Shown: one piece after another, positions 24,901 through 37,647 of the stretch
How positions within the stretch are numbered: the first letter of the stretch is position 1
Layout: each line of letters begins with the position of its first letter
From: Owenia fusiformis
Taxonomy: Eukaryota
Length of the DNA stretch: 64,000 nt
Assembly: GCA_903813345.2 (NCBI GenBank)
Contig: CAIIXF020000001.1
Span: 13,144,001-13,208,000 of the forward strand
Direction: 5' to 3'
The notes under the pieces: generated by a model
Seen by the model: the letters and a program-made list of their open reading frames with translations, nothing else
Told to the model about the DNA's origin: nothing
The model's database searches: none
Position numbers and translations under genes: made by a program

Positions 24901-27900
24901 CCATCGAGGCAAGGCCAGATGCAAGCTTTACTGTAATGTTGGGGAACATCGTGTCTCCCAAGCCCATCAACAAAACTGCTGTGGAGGGAGGCCTTCACAA
25001 AATTGAAGTTATTGGAGGACATCATACCCTAGCAGCGCTCAAGAAGCTGCACGAAAAAGACGGTTGCAGTGATGAGTCTAAATACAGCAAATGGTGTATT
25101 AAGGTATACTAAAATGTAAAGAATAAAGCCTTTCTCAAGTCACAATGTAATGGTTTAAAGTATTTTCATAATATATAATCAAAGCATATAATAGTATATA
25201 ATATAATCATTTACTTTTTATACCCAGCGAGCACATATTACAAACCCCATCAATTATTATCATCATCGCACAATACAAGAAAGCAAAGTGAATGTTTTTC
25301 TTGTTAGAATCGACCAAACATTAATGTGATTTTTATTCAAATATCTTACATATTTTAAAAATCTACAATACTGACGTTTGAGAGTATAATGTAATCCTCA
25401 GGTGTATTGGGGCCTGTCTAACACGCAAATCTTAAAACTTGGCATGGACCACAATGAGGTGATGGGAATGCATCTCAAGAAGACCTACGTGGACATGGTC
25501 AAACTTTTTAGAAGGCAACTTATGAAGATTCTGGATACGGACGTTGTGCCAGATGTATTGCCAAAACCAGTGAACGCGTTGTGGAGGAATACGCTATGCT
25601 CTATATTAAGGATAGAGGTAAACTATGATTATGAATATGATCAAATAGCATTCGATAAGGAACAAAACCCAATAAAAGTGTTTAATATAATGTTGTCTTA
25701 AAAAATAGTTCAATTCGCTCATCAACTCTGATTTTGAGAGAACGCGAATTGAAAAGAATAAAGTGAAACAGAACTTGATAAATCTAGACCATATACTAGA
25801 ATGACAATAAAAGTGCAATTTAACAATTACATTGTTGGAATATATTTTGAAAGGGAAAGTATCGTGGATGCAGCAGTGATACTTCTTTTATATGTTTCAT
25901 AATCAACATTCAAAGTGCATTATGTTACCAAATGATGCAATCTCACGTTTTCAGTAAGTTATCAAGAAGTTTAAGCTTGCATGTAAAATCTAAATGCCAA
26001 CCTATACGTATGACCAATCGCCCATAGAAATGCATCGCTTTAATATGTTACGTTCAGGTTTAGGTTGTGAGAAACATTGCAAGCTTGAACTCCCTATTGT
26101 ATCTTTCTACACGTTCATGTTATATTTTAAGGACAAGCAGAAACTCTCTAGTAGTTTCCAGAACTACACACGGATAGCAGAGCTTCCGAATCATGTATGG
26201 GACGTGGTAAACACCTTCCTGAGTAAATGGGAGAATGGGGACATTAAGGGACAACCATCTGCACCTTTAAAGCAAACGGCAATGATAAATGTTACAAGGG
26301 ACTGCTGGCAACACCTTGAAAAGGCAAGCAATGGAGAGATAACATACAAAGAGTTTCTCGCTATCAAGAAACCTGGCCAGAAAAAAAGGTTGGTGTAAAC
26401 ATTTTTTTATGAAAAGTCTTTCATTGCAGTCTTACATTGTAATCTGATCATGTGTTCTATGATGCAGGATATTTCCAACATAAAATACCATTTTTTCACC
26501 CCAATGTAAGCCTAGATGTTGAGCCAGGTCATGTCATGTCATTCGTTCATTTATTGTTTTATGCCACATATGCCCAATTTTTATACAATCGATATTCTAT
26601 TGCATTGTTTTCAGTTGTTTTGCACTGTATATATTCGTTTATTTCAGATCTAATTCTTCAAGAGCACAGAATACAAAGAAGGCAGATGTGGAGGATAGTG
26701 ACGGATGCATTGATAGCGTGAACCATACGGTAAACATTTGCAATTACCGCTGTCATATACCGCTGTCATATTTCCCACTCTCCTTTTGGTCTACATATAA
26801 CATGCAGTTAAATTATACATGTAAACAAACACCCGAATATGGAATGGTACTTGTGGAACAGTTCACAGCATTTTCTTTTAAATGGGTAGATTTGCATTGC
26901 TCATTATAAGCTTTGCAACATTAGGACTTAAAATGTATTTATTTTAGAGTGACAACGCGCAACAATCAACTGGAACGAAAACAAATTCGAAAGATACATT
27001 GGTTCATGCCCTCCAGTCTGAACTAAAGAAAAAAATATCTACCGTCAAAAAGGTAAGCTTTACATATTTTTGAAGATAAATAAAAGAAAAACGTATAACA
27101 TGTACATTTTCTGACAAAAATACATCAACATCCTTCAAGTAGTTATTGTCAACATTTAAAGTCTCGAACATTTATAACTTTATCATTTTACTAACCTTAA
27201 TTCCATGTCTACTATTAGTAGCACAGAAACGGTGAGAAAACATGGTTCAACTTAATTTTTCTTGACAGTTTACCTTTAACGACACTATTTTTAACAGCAT
27301 ATCATTTTTCCGATTTTCAGTTAGAGAGGCAGTTAGATGAAGCATTGGAGAGGGCGTGTACTGCGGAAAATATAGCCAGTGATCTCGAATTGAAGTTGAC
27401 CAAAGTCAAAGGAAAACACGAAAGGGTATGTTCTATCTATAGGAACAATGAAACATTAATATTACTGAAATATCTTGTCATCCAATTCACGGATAATGTG
27501 ATTGTAACAATTAGTATGATATCAAGCTGAATGAGTTTAAAAGTGTACGATAAAAATGATTTCAATGCCGTATAAGTATATGCTATTCCACATAAGGTAT
27601 CAACGTATCCTGTTTTGTCCTTTGTTTATGTAAATGAAAATGATCGTATCATTATTTGCAGAACGTTGATGAAATCAAAAGTCAGCATATTGCAGTGGAA
27701 GTAGAATTGCGTAGAAAGTTGAAGGACACACGTGAGTGTATTGAGAAGAACGCAACGAGTTATTCACAAAGGGTGGCCTCATTAGAACACAAGCTGCGAC
27801 AGGTAATCTTTGGATCACCATTGGCTTTCATTTTGATCGAAAAGTGGTCAGCTATCACTGATGGATCTAGCCCCCTTCTTAAATGAACCCAAGAAGCGCG

Positions 27901-30653
27901 GATTTATTATCTCATTTTGCATTTGCTCTTCCCTTCCTTTGTTAGCTTCTGGATCCGCCAGTGGCTATTGATAATAAAATCCTTTCTATTGCAGAGAATG
28001 TAAACACTGATTCAATTATTAGGAGGCTTTACAAATAGTCAGATTGGGAGCTAGGGTTTTCAAATTGTTGAAGGGAATTGTATGTTTACTGCATACATTT
28101 TCCGCACCTATAATATACATGGATCATTTTTATAACTTCCAGATGAGAGAAAATACTATCATTCCAAATGCAGATACGTTTACTTTCACTCCCACTCTAG
28201 AGGATGATGAGACGCTATCTGTGGAAATACCTTTAGGTAACAATCTTACTATAGTTTCTCAAACTGTGCAACGTTTTTTTGTCAAACTAGTCTGATCCAA
28301 TCCATCTTTTACAAGAATCCAATTTTTAATCTCTACCTAGTTTAAGCGACATTTGAAATTTAAAATACTGCTTCAGGTACACCTCGGGGGTACACCTGTA
28401 CACATTTTTTAAATGCACTGTAACTTCGGAATCATCAGAAAGCAAGTAATAATATAAAACAGTGTCGATACATTAGAGCATTTGTTTTGGTATTTATTGA
28501 ACGACCCTCGTATATATTATATAATAATAAAGATCGATTACATTTCAGCTAACTTGGGCCAAGAGGATGAAGATATACCACCATTAGATAAACGGGGTAA
28601 GTATCTAAATAAAGTGAAGTCCAACCTCCTACATTTTAACTGTTAAGATCTGCTCCAATACAAAACTACACTGTTACACAACCTTCATAGACCACGTGTT
28701 ATAAAATCATAAAAAGTGAAATATATTTTCTTATATTGGCCAGATAATATTTTATTTTATCCCATGGTTACAAGGATAAAGATCGAATATCAGGTGAAGA
28801 TATATTTGATATGTGGATCAAGATATCATATTTTAGCAAAAAATCCAAAAAAACATCGAATATCACTTCTCGAAAATTGATATTCGATGGTTTAAAAAGT
28901 AATATTCGATCGATTCAAAAGTGATATTCGATGGTTTAGAATTTTTTCGCTGGGTTAAGACTTCCCATGGAATAAACGGACAGTCCAATGGTTTTTCAAA
29001 AATATCAATTATATCCACTCAGGGATATCGATATCTTCACTCATTATATTCGCTGCGCTCACTCATGAAGATATCAGTATCCACTCATCGATATATCCAC
29101 TCATGGATATAAATGATATTTTTTCAAAACCATAGGATATTCCTATATTATTAGACTTATTTTAATTTGTATAACTATCATATACATATGGGTAATATGA
29201 ATAGAAAACCACTAAAACTGATGAATATTCAAGTTTAACAATGAGTTGAAGAAAATAGAAGACCGCTTATTTTCCTACTTTTCTTTATATTCTACCATTT
29301 TCTAGCCTGAGCAATGTCTTAGTATGCAAATAAAGTGAATATGATGGTCCAAACTTGGAAAGTCGTGTCTTGACAAAAAAAGAAATAAAACTTCAAATAT
29401 ACATTCAATTTGTATTGTCCTTATCTTCCATGAATATAATGAACTGATATGGCATGCTAGAAAATTATGCGACCCCTAGGTTATTTTTCTTTCCAACAAA
29501 ACCATCTGAAAAATTCTTTGCTTGGAATATGACAAGTATATTTCTTGATGAGTTGTCTCTCTAAATATGCTTTGCTTTTATAATTTCAGGATATTGCCCA
29601 ATTGTTTCTTTATGTTCTTTATGTGTACTAAAATTGTCAACAATTTATTTGCAGATTCCAAAAGGAAGTCAGTACAAGAAATATCTAAAGTTTGCAGTTC
29701 AAGTAAGTAGTCCTCTATTTCTCAAAAGTATGGCTTCAAAAAAGGTAATTTTCTGAGGAAGCACACACCAGTTGGAAAATGTGGTTCGTATTAATTATAC
29801 TGATGCCTTAGGACGGATCATATGCAACTGGTCAAAACGAGATCAAAATTGCCACCTTTTTTATATCAACATATAGCAGGGTATAATTTAAAGCAGAATG
29901 AGAACAATACAGTTTATGTATGTTGTTTGGAAAGATTATGTTATCTAAGCTTAACAGTGAAGCAAAAGTATATTGTGATTATATTCTCCAAAATAAACAT
30001 ATAAATGAAAATAAATGAACACGGTAGTAGTCGTGTTAAAGAGAAAAATATTGATCGAATATACACATTATATCATGAGAAATCGTTACATGAACATATG
30101 TTATATCTGTATACAATGTATTTTAGAGAAGCGAGCGACCAGCACATCTTCTGGAGAGATACAACCAAAGGTAAATCAGGTGTAACCACATACAAGTTAA
30201 ATTCTCAATAAGGTGCTATAACCAATTCCACATTTAACACAAGATTATAAGTTTATTTTACGTTTTATGTATGTAATTTATGTATAACCTTTATGTTAGT
30301 TTTGACGACTCGAGAGCGTCCATGTTATATGATCGTCCTTCTCGTTCCAGGTCATATGCATTAGATATGAAAGAGATATCTACTTTGCTGTGTTAAAAGG
30401 AGACAAGATCACATATTGCACTCGCAGAATTGCAGCAAAAGCAGACATTAACAACGTTGGAAAATTGACGCCACCAATGCTGAAGGTCAATGAATTTGAC
30501 AAGGCAGACGTGTGCGATGTGTCACCTAATATGTATCGAATCATAGACAATAAATACGTTAAGTCTGTTACTAAGACAATTGTATTCACTTTCCCTCATT
30601 TCACTTTCCCTCAGTTTTTATCTTATTTATCTTCTTTGGTTTGTCAACTTTAG
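15974..30653 (+). CDS. Transposon accessory protein with a ParB/Sulfiredoxin-like domain and coiled coil (about 743 aa, 16 exons)
   Basis: Phase-compatible GT-AG exons: 15974-16111, 16949-17111, 17283-17356, 24339-24450, 24802-25103, 25402-25617, 26132-26388, 26648-26729, 26948-27052, 27321-27425, 27662-27802, 28143-28236, 28549-28596, 29655-29702, 30127-30170, 30351-30653 (2232 nt, no internal stop). ParB-N-like pattern: VPIECLISP..VRDLHQWQVDKIMKSI...IEVIGGHHTLAALKKL...CIKVYWGLSNTQILKLGMDHN. Heptad-rich exons at 26948-27802. The domain call is by eye and the exact 3' end is uncertain. Confidence 0.75.
16178..16326. mobile_element. Palindromic MITE family copy 4
   Basis: ATGCCTGGGTCATATTTGCTCCGATTCATCGGCCAGCGCC...GGCGCTGGCCGATGAATCTGAGCAAATGTGACCCGGGCAT. 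Confidence 0.8.
17762..18923. mobile_element. Probable old non-autonomous TIR element in an intron
   Basis: Imperfect inverted ends ACGT...CTGGGGACAATTT / AAATTGTCCCCAG...ACGT around an AT-rich non-coding interior. Confidence 0.45.
20961..21454 (+). repeat. Dispersed repeat copy B, including a hAT-like MITE (21186-21454) with CATAGGCATAGCCA / TGGCTATGCCCCTG ends
   Basis: Collinear with 9584-10020. The MITE end also matches 63245-63330 in reverse orientation. Confidence 0.8.
23671..23873. mobile_element. Small MITE with CAGGCCC...GGGCCTG ends and poly-G tracts
   Basis: Inverted ends CAGGCCCTTGGTCGG / CCGGCTACGGGCCTG. The flanks CGCAAT and TGTAAT may be a decayed TSD. Confidence 0.55.
24090..24237. 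mobile_element. Palindromic MITE family copy 5
   Basis: TAATGCCTTGGTCACATTTGCTCCGAT...ATCGAAGCAAATGTGACTTCGGGCATTA. Confidence 0.8.
28971..29152. repeat. Fold-back repeat with internal ATATCCACTCA sub-repeats
   Basis: Inverted arms ATGGTTTTTCAAAAATATCAATTATATCC / GGATATAAATGATATTTTTTCAAAACCAT. Confidence 0.6.
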
Positions 30654-31194
30654 TAGCATAGTTACTTTTCATTGGACATATTTTGTTAAAAGTGAACAAT
30701 TTAAAAGTACGTTAAAAGTAAGAATTGTTCATACATTAAATGTGCAATGAATCATTAGTTTTAATTTTCCAGAAGAAGGGATTTTGGTGTTAAAGTGATA
30801 TATTTGCAGAAGCAACAATCTCATTATCTTACAAATAAAACAAAATGCAGTTTAAAAGTTTGTCTTTCACTGTGCTCTTTCTAAGTGAAAGCGGGGGGGG
30901 ATTCCAAAATGCCATGAATTCAGCTTATCATGAATTCAGATATTTCAATGACTATTAATCAGAGAAAACTGGAACTATACAGGTAAAATCTATCTATTTT
31001 TCTGAGGTTTGACAGAAAATCACCAACAAAACAATTGAGAACAAAGCAAAAGTGTGTATCATGTTGAGCATGTTCAAACGTAGGATTTTGATGTGCAGAA
31101 ACTGTTCATTGACAGGTTCATCATATACTTAGAATGTTCTATGAACTATGTAAAATTAGCTCCTTTGAGAATGCATGTTTTAGTTACACACATT

Positions 31195-31865
31195 ACCTGT
31201 ATAGATCTTCCTAGATGAAATTCTAGGGACAGGTGTCGGGTATGCTATAGAAATTTCTATACAGGCAGCCATTTCTCTAGTATAATTTTTTTACAGAAAC
31301 TTGTTAGCTTACCTCCTATAGAAATTTCTATACGGATAGTTATCGGATATGCTATAGAAATTTCTATACAGGCAACCATTCCTTTAGTATAGAAATTGTT
31401 AGCTTGCCTCGTTTAGAATTTCCCATATAGACAATTATTGGGTAGCCTATACAGGCAACCATTCCTTTAGTATAGAAATCTCCATAGAAAATGTTACCTT
31501 GCGTATAGAAATTTCTATATGGACAGTTTTCGGGTATACCATAAAAATTCCCCTTGTAAATTTATTACTATTACATTGTCAGCTTACCTCGTATAGAAAT
31601 TTCTATACGGACAGGTATCGGGGATGCTATAGAAATTTCTATACAGGCAGCCATTATCCTTGTAAAGATATTTCTATATACATTGTCAGCTTGCAATCGC
31701 CTCGTATAGAAATTTCTATACGAACATGCACAGTTATCGAATTCGGAGGCACTATAGAAATGTATCTGCATGCAGCCATTTCTCTAGCTAATAGGAGATA
31801 CTTTATGAGTGGGTAGCTTGTTTCGTATAGAAATTTCTATACGGACAGTTATTGTTCGCTATAGT
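31195..31865. repeat. Right subterminal array of palindromic boxes, inverted relative to the left array
   Basis: 8 exact TAGAAATTTCTA cores. Spacer motifs (CAGGCAGCCATTT, TTGTTAGCTTGCCTCG) are reverse complements of the left-array spacers. Confidence 0.95.
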
Positions 31866-31934
31866 TATTATTATTCATGGGGTCATTTCTTCTGGATTGA
31901 AATCTGTGCTTTTAAATTGATTTTTAGGAAACAG

Positions 31935-32116
31935 TATATCGACAGCAATAACTTAGTGTACACATATAAAGTAAATGTTATTGTTCAATTTACAAATTGT
32001 TTATCTGAAATAAAGCAAATCATTTTTAAAATTACATTTTACTATGGTATTTTTCTATTTTTGGACTGAAATTAAAGGAACAAATGTTTTTTTCCTTTAT
32101 TAAATAGTCAGGACTT
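31935..32116 (-). repeat. Right terminal inverted repeat of the giant transposon
   Basis: Reverse complement aligns to 1362-1555 and is followed by the TSD ACAC. Confidence 0.9.
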
Positions 32117-33485
32117 ACACATATTTCCCTTGGGATAAAACCTGTATCCAAAACCTCCCAGTACATAACCCTTATATATACCATAGTTGGCACCTGGAGC
32201 ATATTAACTTCCCCATATTTTAATGTTTTGATAGTTGTAATCTTGGATTTCTATTGGATTTCTAGGTATGAGATTTTTCATTGAAAATCAAACTGGTAAA
32301 CAGGTTTTGTTAGCTCAAATACAGAGATCCAAATAGAAGCAGATTCCAAGCAGGTACAGCATGATGTATAAGTTCCCATGTTCCAGCCGCATAATATATT
32401 TTACATTCTGAGGTTTCTGTTTCTTTACCACCAATTGCTTTTGTTTCAACACCTATCTTTGTAGTCCAGAAGACCAATTGAAGTGCTGAAATGCGATACA
32501 AAAATATGGCCTACTTGTGTGTCTATTTTACTTGTTTGCCTGTCAGTAGTAGAAGATGGGCATAATTTGTGAGGGGTTTAGGTATAAAAATAACTTCCTC
32601 ATAAAACATCTTTGACCAGGTCAAGTATTGTTAGCTCATTATTTTCAAGCTGTGGATGTTTTGGTGAAAAATACGACACAGGAAGTTGTGTTTCTGTTGT
32701 ACGCTATTTTTGGTTTATTTCGCATTTATCTCCATTCGCTGGTCAATTAACATCAAATGCATTCATTTCAGAGATTTATGAGCTAAAATGATTGTAAAAA
32801 ATTCCTTATTATCTTGCCATTAGAACAACATTTTACAAATCTAGATTGAGTCTTATTTTTATCTCCATAAGTTATTTTAGTTTTGACCATTGGAATATCA
32901 AACGACCACCTAAGACGTGCTAATCCAACTTATTACACTGTATGAAAAAGGTTAATTGTAGCAAATCCCATGTAAATATCTAGTTCCTCCGCTTGATGGA
33001 TTTGCAGAGAGAATACCAGATGATGCGTGGAAATCAATGCCTTTTGCAATTATCATGTAATTGCGATTCGAGAAAAAATAACTTATGGTCTGTTGAAACT
33101 CTGTGAGTAGTAGTGATTTTGATGGTTTTGGCACATTGAGTTGAGAAGTTCATTGATCAGACTAATATTTATTTTGAATTAATTAAGAATTTCTCTTGCT
33201 GAAGGAATATTAGATAATAACTTTTCTCCCAACTTGGAAAACATTAATATTACATCCAAGTCGTGTCCATGTAGTGTTCTCTTGCATAATAGTATTTCAA
33301 TATATTGAAAATATACAAATATCATGGTAAGTTTATCAACAAACTTGATACAGACAAAATATTTAGACTAGAAGGGTGAAATAACCTCGAGGAATCAAAT
33401 GCACAACATTAATTGAGTGTCCACTTCAGTCTTCATAGATGTTTCAAACACGTCATGGTGTTAGGCTGAATTCCCGATATAATAT

Positions 33486-34744
33486 CCCAGATGCGAGTAG
33501 AAATAATCTTGATTTACGTCATTAAAAATTCACAATTCAGTCAAACTGATGTCATATTTGGAATCTATATGTAAAATTACATTTAGAAATGTGGTTTTGA
33601 AAAGAGTTTATCAACTTTGAAAATTGAATTTTCTTTGAAAATGTGACTTCTAGGTCGGGAAGGTTCCCCATAGACCCCATGTTGTAAAACCACAAAAAGT
33701 GAAATATCTTTTCATGTGTTGGGCAGATAATATTTTCTATTACTGGACATATGTTAATTATCCCATCGAACGAAGTTCGGAGGGATATAGGGAACGCCTC
33801 TGTCCGTCCGTCCATACGTCCGTCCGGGCAATAACTCGAATACCGTTGGCTGGATTTTGTTCATATTTTGTACACACATACCCTATGGGGTACAAGTTCT
33901 GCTCGAAAGCCAATTTTCAAAATGGCCGCTCATTTAAAAATGGCCATTTTAGTGCCGATTTTACAGTAATTTAGGTGCAATATGTAAAACTGTAATAGCA
34001 ATATGTTTTAAATGTAAAAAAATTATGTAGGACATTAATAAAGCTAGAAATGTAGGTATTAAAAAAACACATGGCAGCCATCTTGAAAAATGGCGGCCTT
34101 TACTCGTTATTTTACGATTTTTGCTGTAACTCGAAAAGTAGTGGAGCAATTTTGTTCATATTTGGTATGTTAATACTATAAGCATGGCACACTGTCTAAT
34201 GACACTTTTGGTAGAAGGCGGCCATTTTGAAAAATGGCGGACATTTTGAAAAATGGCTGCCATTTTAACTTATTTTACTATAACTTGAAAAGTAGTAGAG
34301 CAATTTTGTTCATATTTGATATGTGAATATTATAAGCATGGCACACTGTCTAATGACACTTTTGGTAGAAGGTGGCCATTTTGAAAAATGGCCACCATTT
34401 TAACGTATTTTACTATAACCCGAAAAGTAGGGGATCGAGTGATTTTGTTCATATTTGGTATGTGAATACTATAAGCATGGCACACTGTCTAATGATACTT
34501 TTGGTAGAAGGTGACCATTTTGAAAAATGGCTGCCATTTTTGCTATATACTTTGTCCGCTACGCTTTGGCATTGCCGTTGTTCTGGTTTGTATAACTATC
34601 AGATACATAAGGGTAATATGAAAAGTGAACCACTAAAACTGATGCATATTCAAGTTTAAGGGAATTTTGTAATACCCTGCCATGTTAATTCCTCCGAATC
34701 AGCCACCTGGTGGCGAAACTGGTAACTACCTACTCGCATCTGAG
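33486..34744 (+). mobile_element. MITE with CCCAGATGCGAGTAG TIRs, interrupted by a HINE-like insertion
   Basis: 33486-33755 plus 34590-34744 rejoin to match the uninterrupted copies at 37648-38077 (reverse) and 49967-50360. Confidence 0.8.
33757..34590 (+). mobile_element. Helentron-associated (HINE/DINE-1-like) element with a GTCC microsatellite and internal tandem repeats
   Basis: 5' ATTATCCCATCGAACGAAGTTCGGAGGGATA, (GTCC)n, tandem units containing ATAACT...TTGTTCATATTTG...AAAATGGCGGCCATTTT, and a 3' hairpin plus TTCTGGTTT. Confidence 0.75.
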
Positions 34745-36600
34745 TAATTGAGTTCATTTTTTTCAGGAGAGAGGATATGATATAACGATATCTGGAAAGG
34801 GGAAAATGCTGTCAGACAGAATTTCAAGTATAATTGAATTTTTAATGAGAGAAGATATGATATCTGAAAAAGAGGAAAAATCATCCCATCCTGATGGATT
34901 AACTGATACAAAATACTGACTGACCATTCTTTTCTTATTGTTATAGAAACTAGATTTAAACCCATTGATCAATTAGTGTATTGTTATCCATTGAAACATG
35001 ATTTTGAAATATTGTTCTTCATCAAGTATGAATCGAAAAAATAAAGATTAAAACTCTTTGTCATTTATTAGGGTGGGAATTTTCCTTCATATCTCATTTA
35101 TGTTTTGATCTTTGGCATTGGGAAGCTCAAACACTCTGATCTTCACATGTCTCTCTGTCATAAATGACATCTTAGATGTGGCATCCCATGAGGCTGGCAG
35201 TTAATGAATTCTCAACCTGATTCTCAAAACTCAAGGGAATATATGTGCTTTGTTAGCTGGAACAAGTTAATGCTCCAGGATAATGGTACAGTTAAACTGC
35301 TTTCAACGTACTACTACAGTATATAAATGGGATGATGTCTCAGGTTGTTATATTAAATGTTTATTTTATTAATTAGCTGAAAGCTCTTTTGCTTGTATGA
35401 CATGATTAGAAGGTTCCCTGTATATTACATCCCATATTATTCCATGACATAATAATGGTAGTATGAATTTATAAAATCTTGTTACTATGGCAACACATCA
35501 ATCAATTTTGTGAAACTGCTAAACAGAATGGAATTTCCCAAGAACTTCCGTTCTGTTTCTCACTTTTCATTTGGATTAATTTTAAATTGTTCATTATAGA
35601 CTCGTTAGGATATCAAAAACATTTTTTCCAATTTCTCCCTCTCATTTTTTAGCTTGTAAATTGCCTCCCAGGGAGAATTAAAGGAAACTAATGGCGGGTT
35701 GTTTCTAGCATTGGTGATCAGGTTTATGAAAAATAATTGATATGCCGCGTAATATTAGATCATAGATGCCTCTAGCCGGAAAATATATGCTCATTTTGTC
35801 AAGATCTTGTTACAATACATTAATGCCTAGTCATATACTGTTATATTTCCACAATAATTTTACTGAAGTTTTACTTTACATTCTAGTCCCTTGTCCCCCA
35901 GCTTAGCAAAATGACCTAAATATGTGAGTTGGTTATAAATATTGTGAATGGACCATAACCTGACAGTGAACTAATTTTGAATGTTAATGCTGAAAGTTCC
36001 ATTTCTTTCATCAATATGTTTAGCTGTTCTCACTTTAGTTACCTTTGATTTTTTAAAAATAGAACCACAACAAAGCATTTGTTCTTTCAAGTATTCTCCC
36101 CTCAGGATGGATACTGCTTTATCTGATTGAAAAATACATTTAAGTTTCCCTTTCCTCCCTTATGGTTAGTGCATGTTCTTTTATTCTTTAGCTTGAGATT
36201 AAATTTCTGTGTTTGATGATACAACCAGACGGCTGCAGCCAAGATGGGACTTTAATGTTCACCATGATTCTGGGGAAACAAACATTTGTGGAGCAGAATT
36301 AGATACCTCACTAGGTCTTTATGACTTTTCAAGGAAAGATTTACGCATTTACAAGCTTTATGATTTCTCCCAGATTTAAGAGCTTCTAAACTAATCTTGT
36401 GTGATATTTTTAAATGAGAACTCACTGATTTAAATTTAGAAGCATTCATACATGTACTATCCCATCCTGATAATGAACTCGTGCATTATGTGTACTGGTT
36501 GGTAAAAGCACTCATGCTTTTAAATTTCCAATAAAGAATGATACAATAGTCGCTTTCCCTTAAATAATCATAATCATGATCTCTGATCATTGTCATTTTA

Positions 36601-36995
36601 ATGGTGATCCACTCGATTACAAAATGTCTGAACGTCGAAGGTACGAATTTTCTTTTTTCCTTATTTCTCAAGTTGTAGGAAGAATTCCCACGACATTTTT
36701 ATCACAAACGTGTAGTATCATATGTTTAAGAAAATGTACATATATGCGAACAAATAGTTCAGAAAACAAGAGAATCGTTGATTTAATTCCTCACTTAAGT
36801 TACATAAACGGAATTTCGAAAAACAGTTAAGATCTGCACTTTTAACCCATACCGTTTATGTAACTTAAGTGAGGAATTAAATCGACGATTCTGTTGTCTT
36901 CTGAGCTATTTTTCACAAACATGTACATTTTGTAAACCATTTTGTTACCGAAACGAACCATTTCGGTAACCAGCGTAATCGAGCGGATCACCAAT
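36601..36995. mobile_element. MITE with a large internal palindrome
   Basis: TIRs TGGTGATCCACTCGATTAC / GTAATCGAGCGGATCACCA, with internal inverted arms at ~36725-36810 and ~36853-36938. Confidence 0.75.
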
Positions 36996-37647
36996 GCATT
37001 AAATATTAACAAAGGTACAAGTGTAATGTCTCTATATGATCAAAATATCATTGTATTTGTAAATGTCATGACTGAGAAGAATGAGATGATATACAGTAGT
37101 TAACAAGATTTAAAGTTCAAATCCATTTTTGGTCCAAGACTTTTCCATCGCATGAGTATTGAAGACCATATTAAAGATGATATTTTACTGTTATGATCTG
37201 TTTTACACCTAAACTATTGAGAAGTCAAGGTTGGAGGTAAGCAGGTAAATGCCTCTCTGTTGGTTGTAAATTACAGTACAGGATGTTAGATCTCATACTT
37301 GCACTGGGAATCAGCTTTGCTAAATGTTTACTATTTACCAGATGATAGCATGCTGTTTCAGGGTTAGTAGGATTAATGATTCCACACCCTTTTCAATAAT
37401 TTGATTGCATGTCTTAAAAGAGGGCTTCATCTTGGATCTGCACCTCAGGGTGCTGATGCTATACTGTAGGAGTTAAATATTTCTTCAACAGTCCAAGTTA
37501 GAAAATTACTTGGACTTTAACTTCATATATTACATCATCAGACAGCAGATGGGATTCAGAAATTAATGCAATTTCATTATTACACCATTAGGCAGATGTA
37601 ATAAATGCAATGCAGATTTCCTTTAGACATCAACTGATCGTTAATTA

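Larger units (their letters stand above)
1362..32116. mobile_element. Giant (30.8 kb) two-gene DNA transposon, DUF7869/Sola1-like, with TIRs, subterminal palindrome arrays and a 4-bp TSD
   Basis: TSD ACAC at 1358-1361 and 32117-32120. Termini AAGTCCTGACTATTT...AAATAGTCAGGACTT. Inverted subterminal arrays, an internal DDD transposase gene and a second divergent gene. Confidence 0.9.

Noticed and set aside
1282-32169. Alternative, longer element boundaries starting GTTATGTAC
   Set aside because: No TSD at those ends. The outer match is explained by a pre-existing hairpin repeat, and ACAC is duplicated exactly at 1362/32116.
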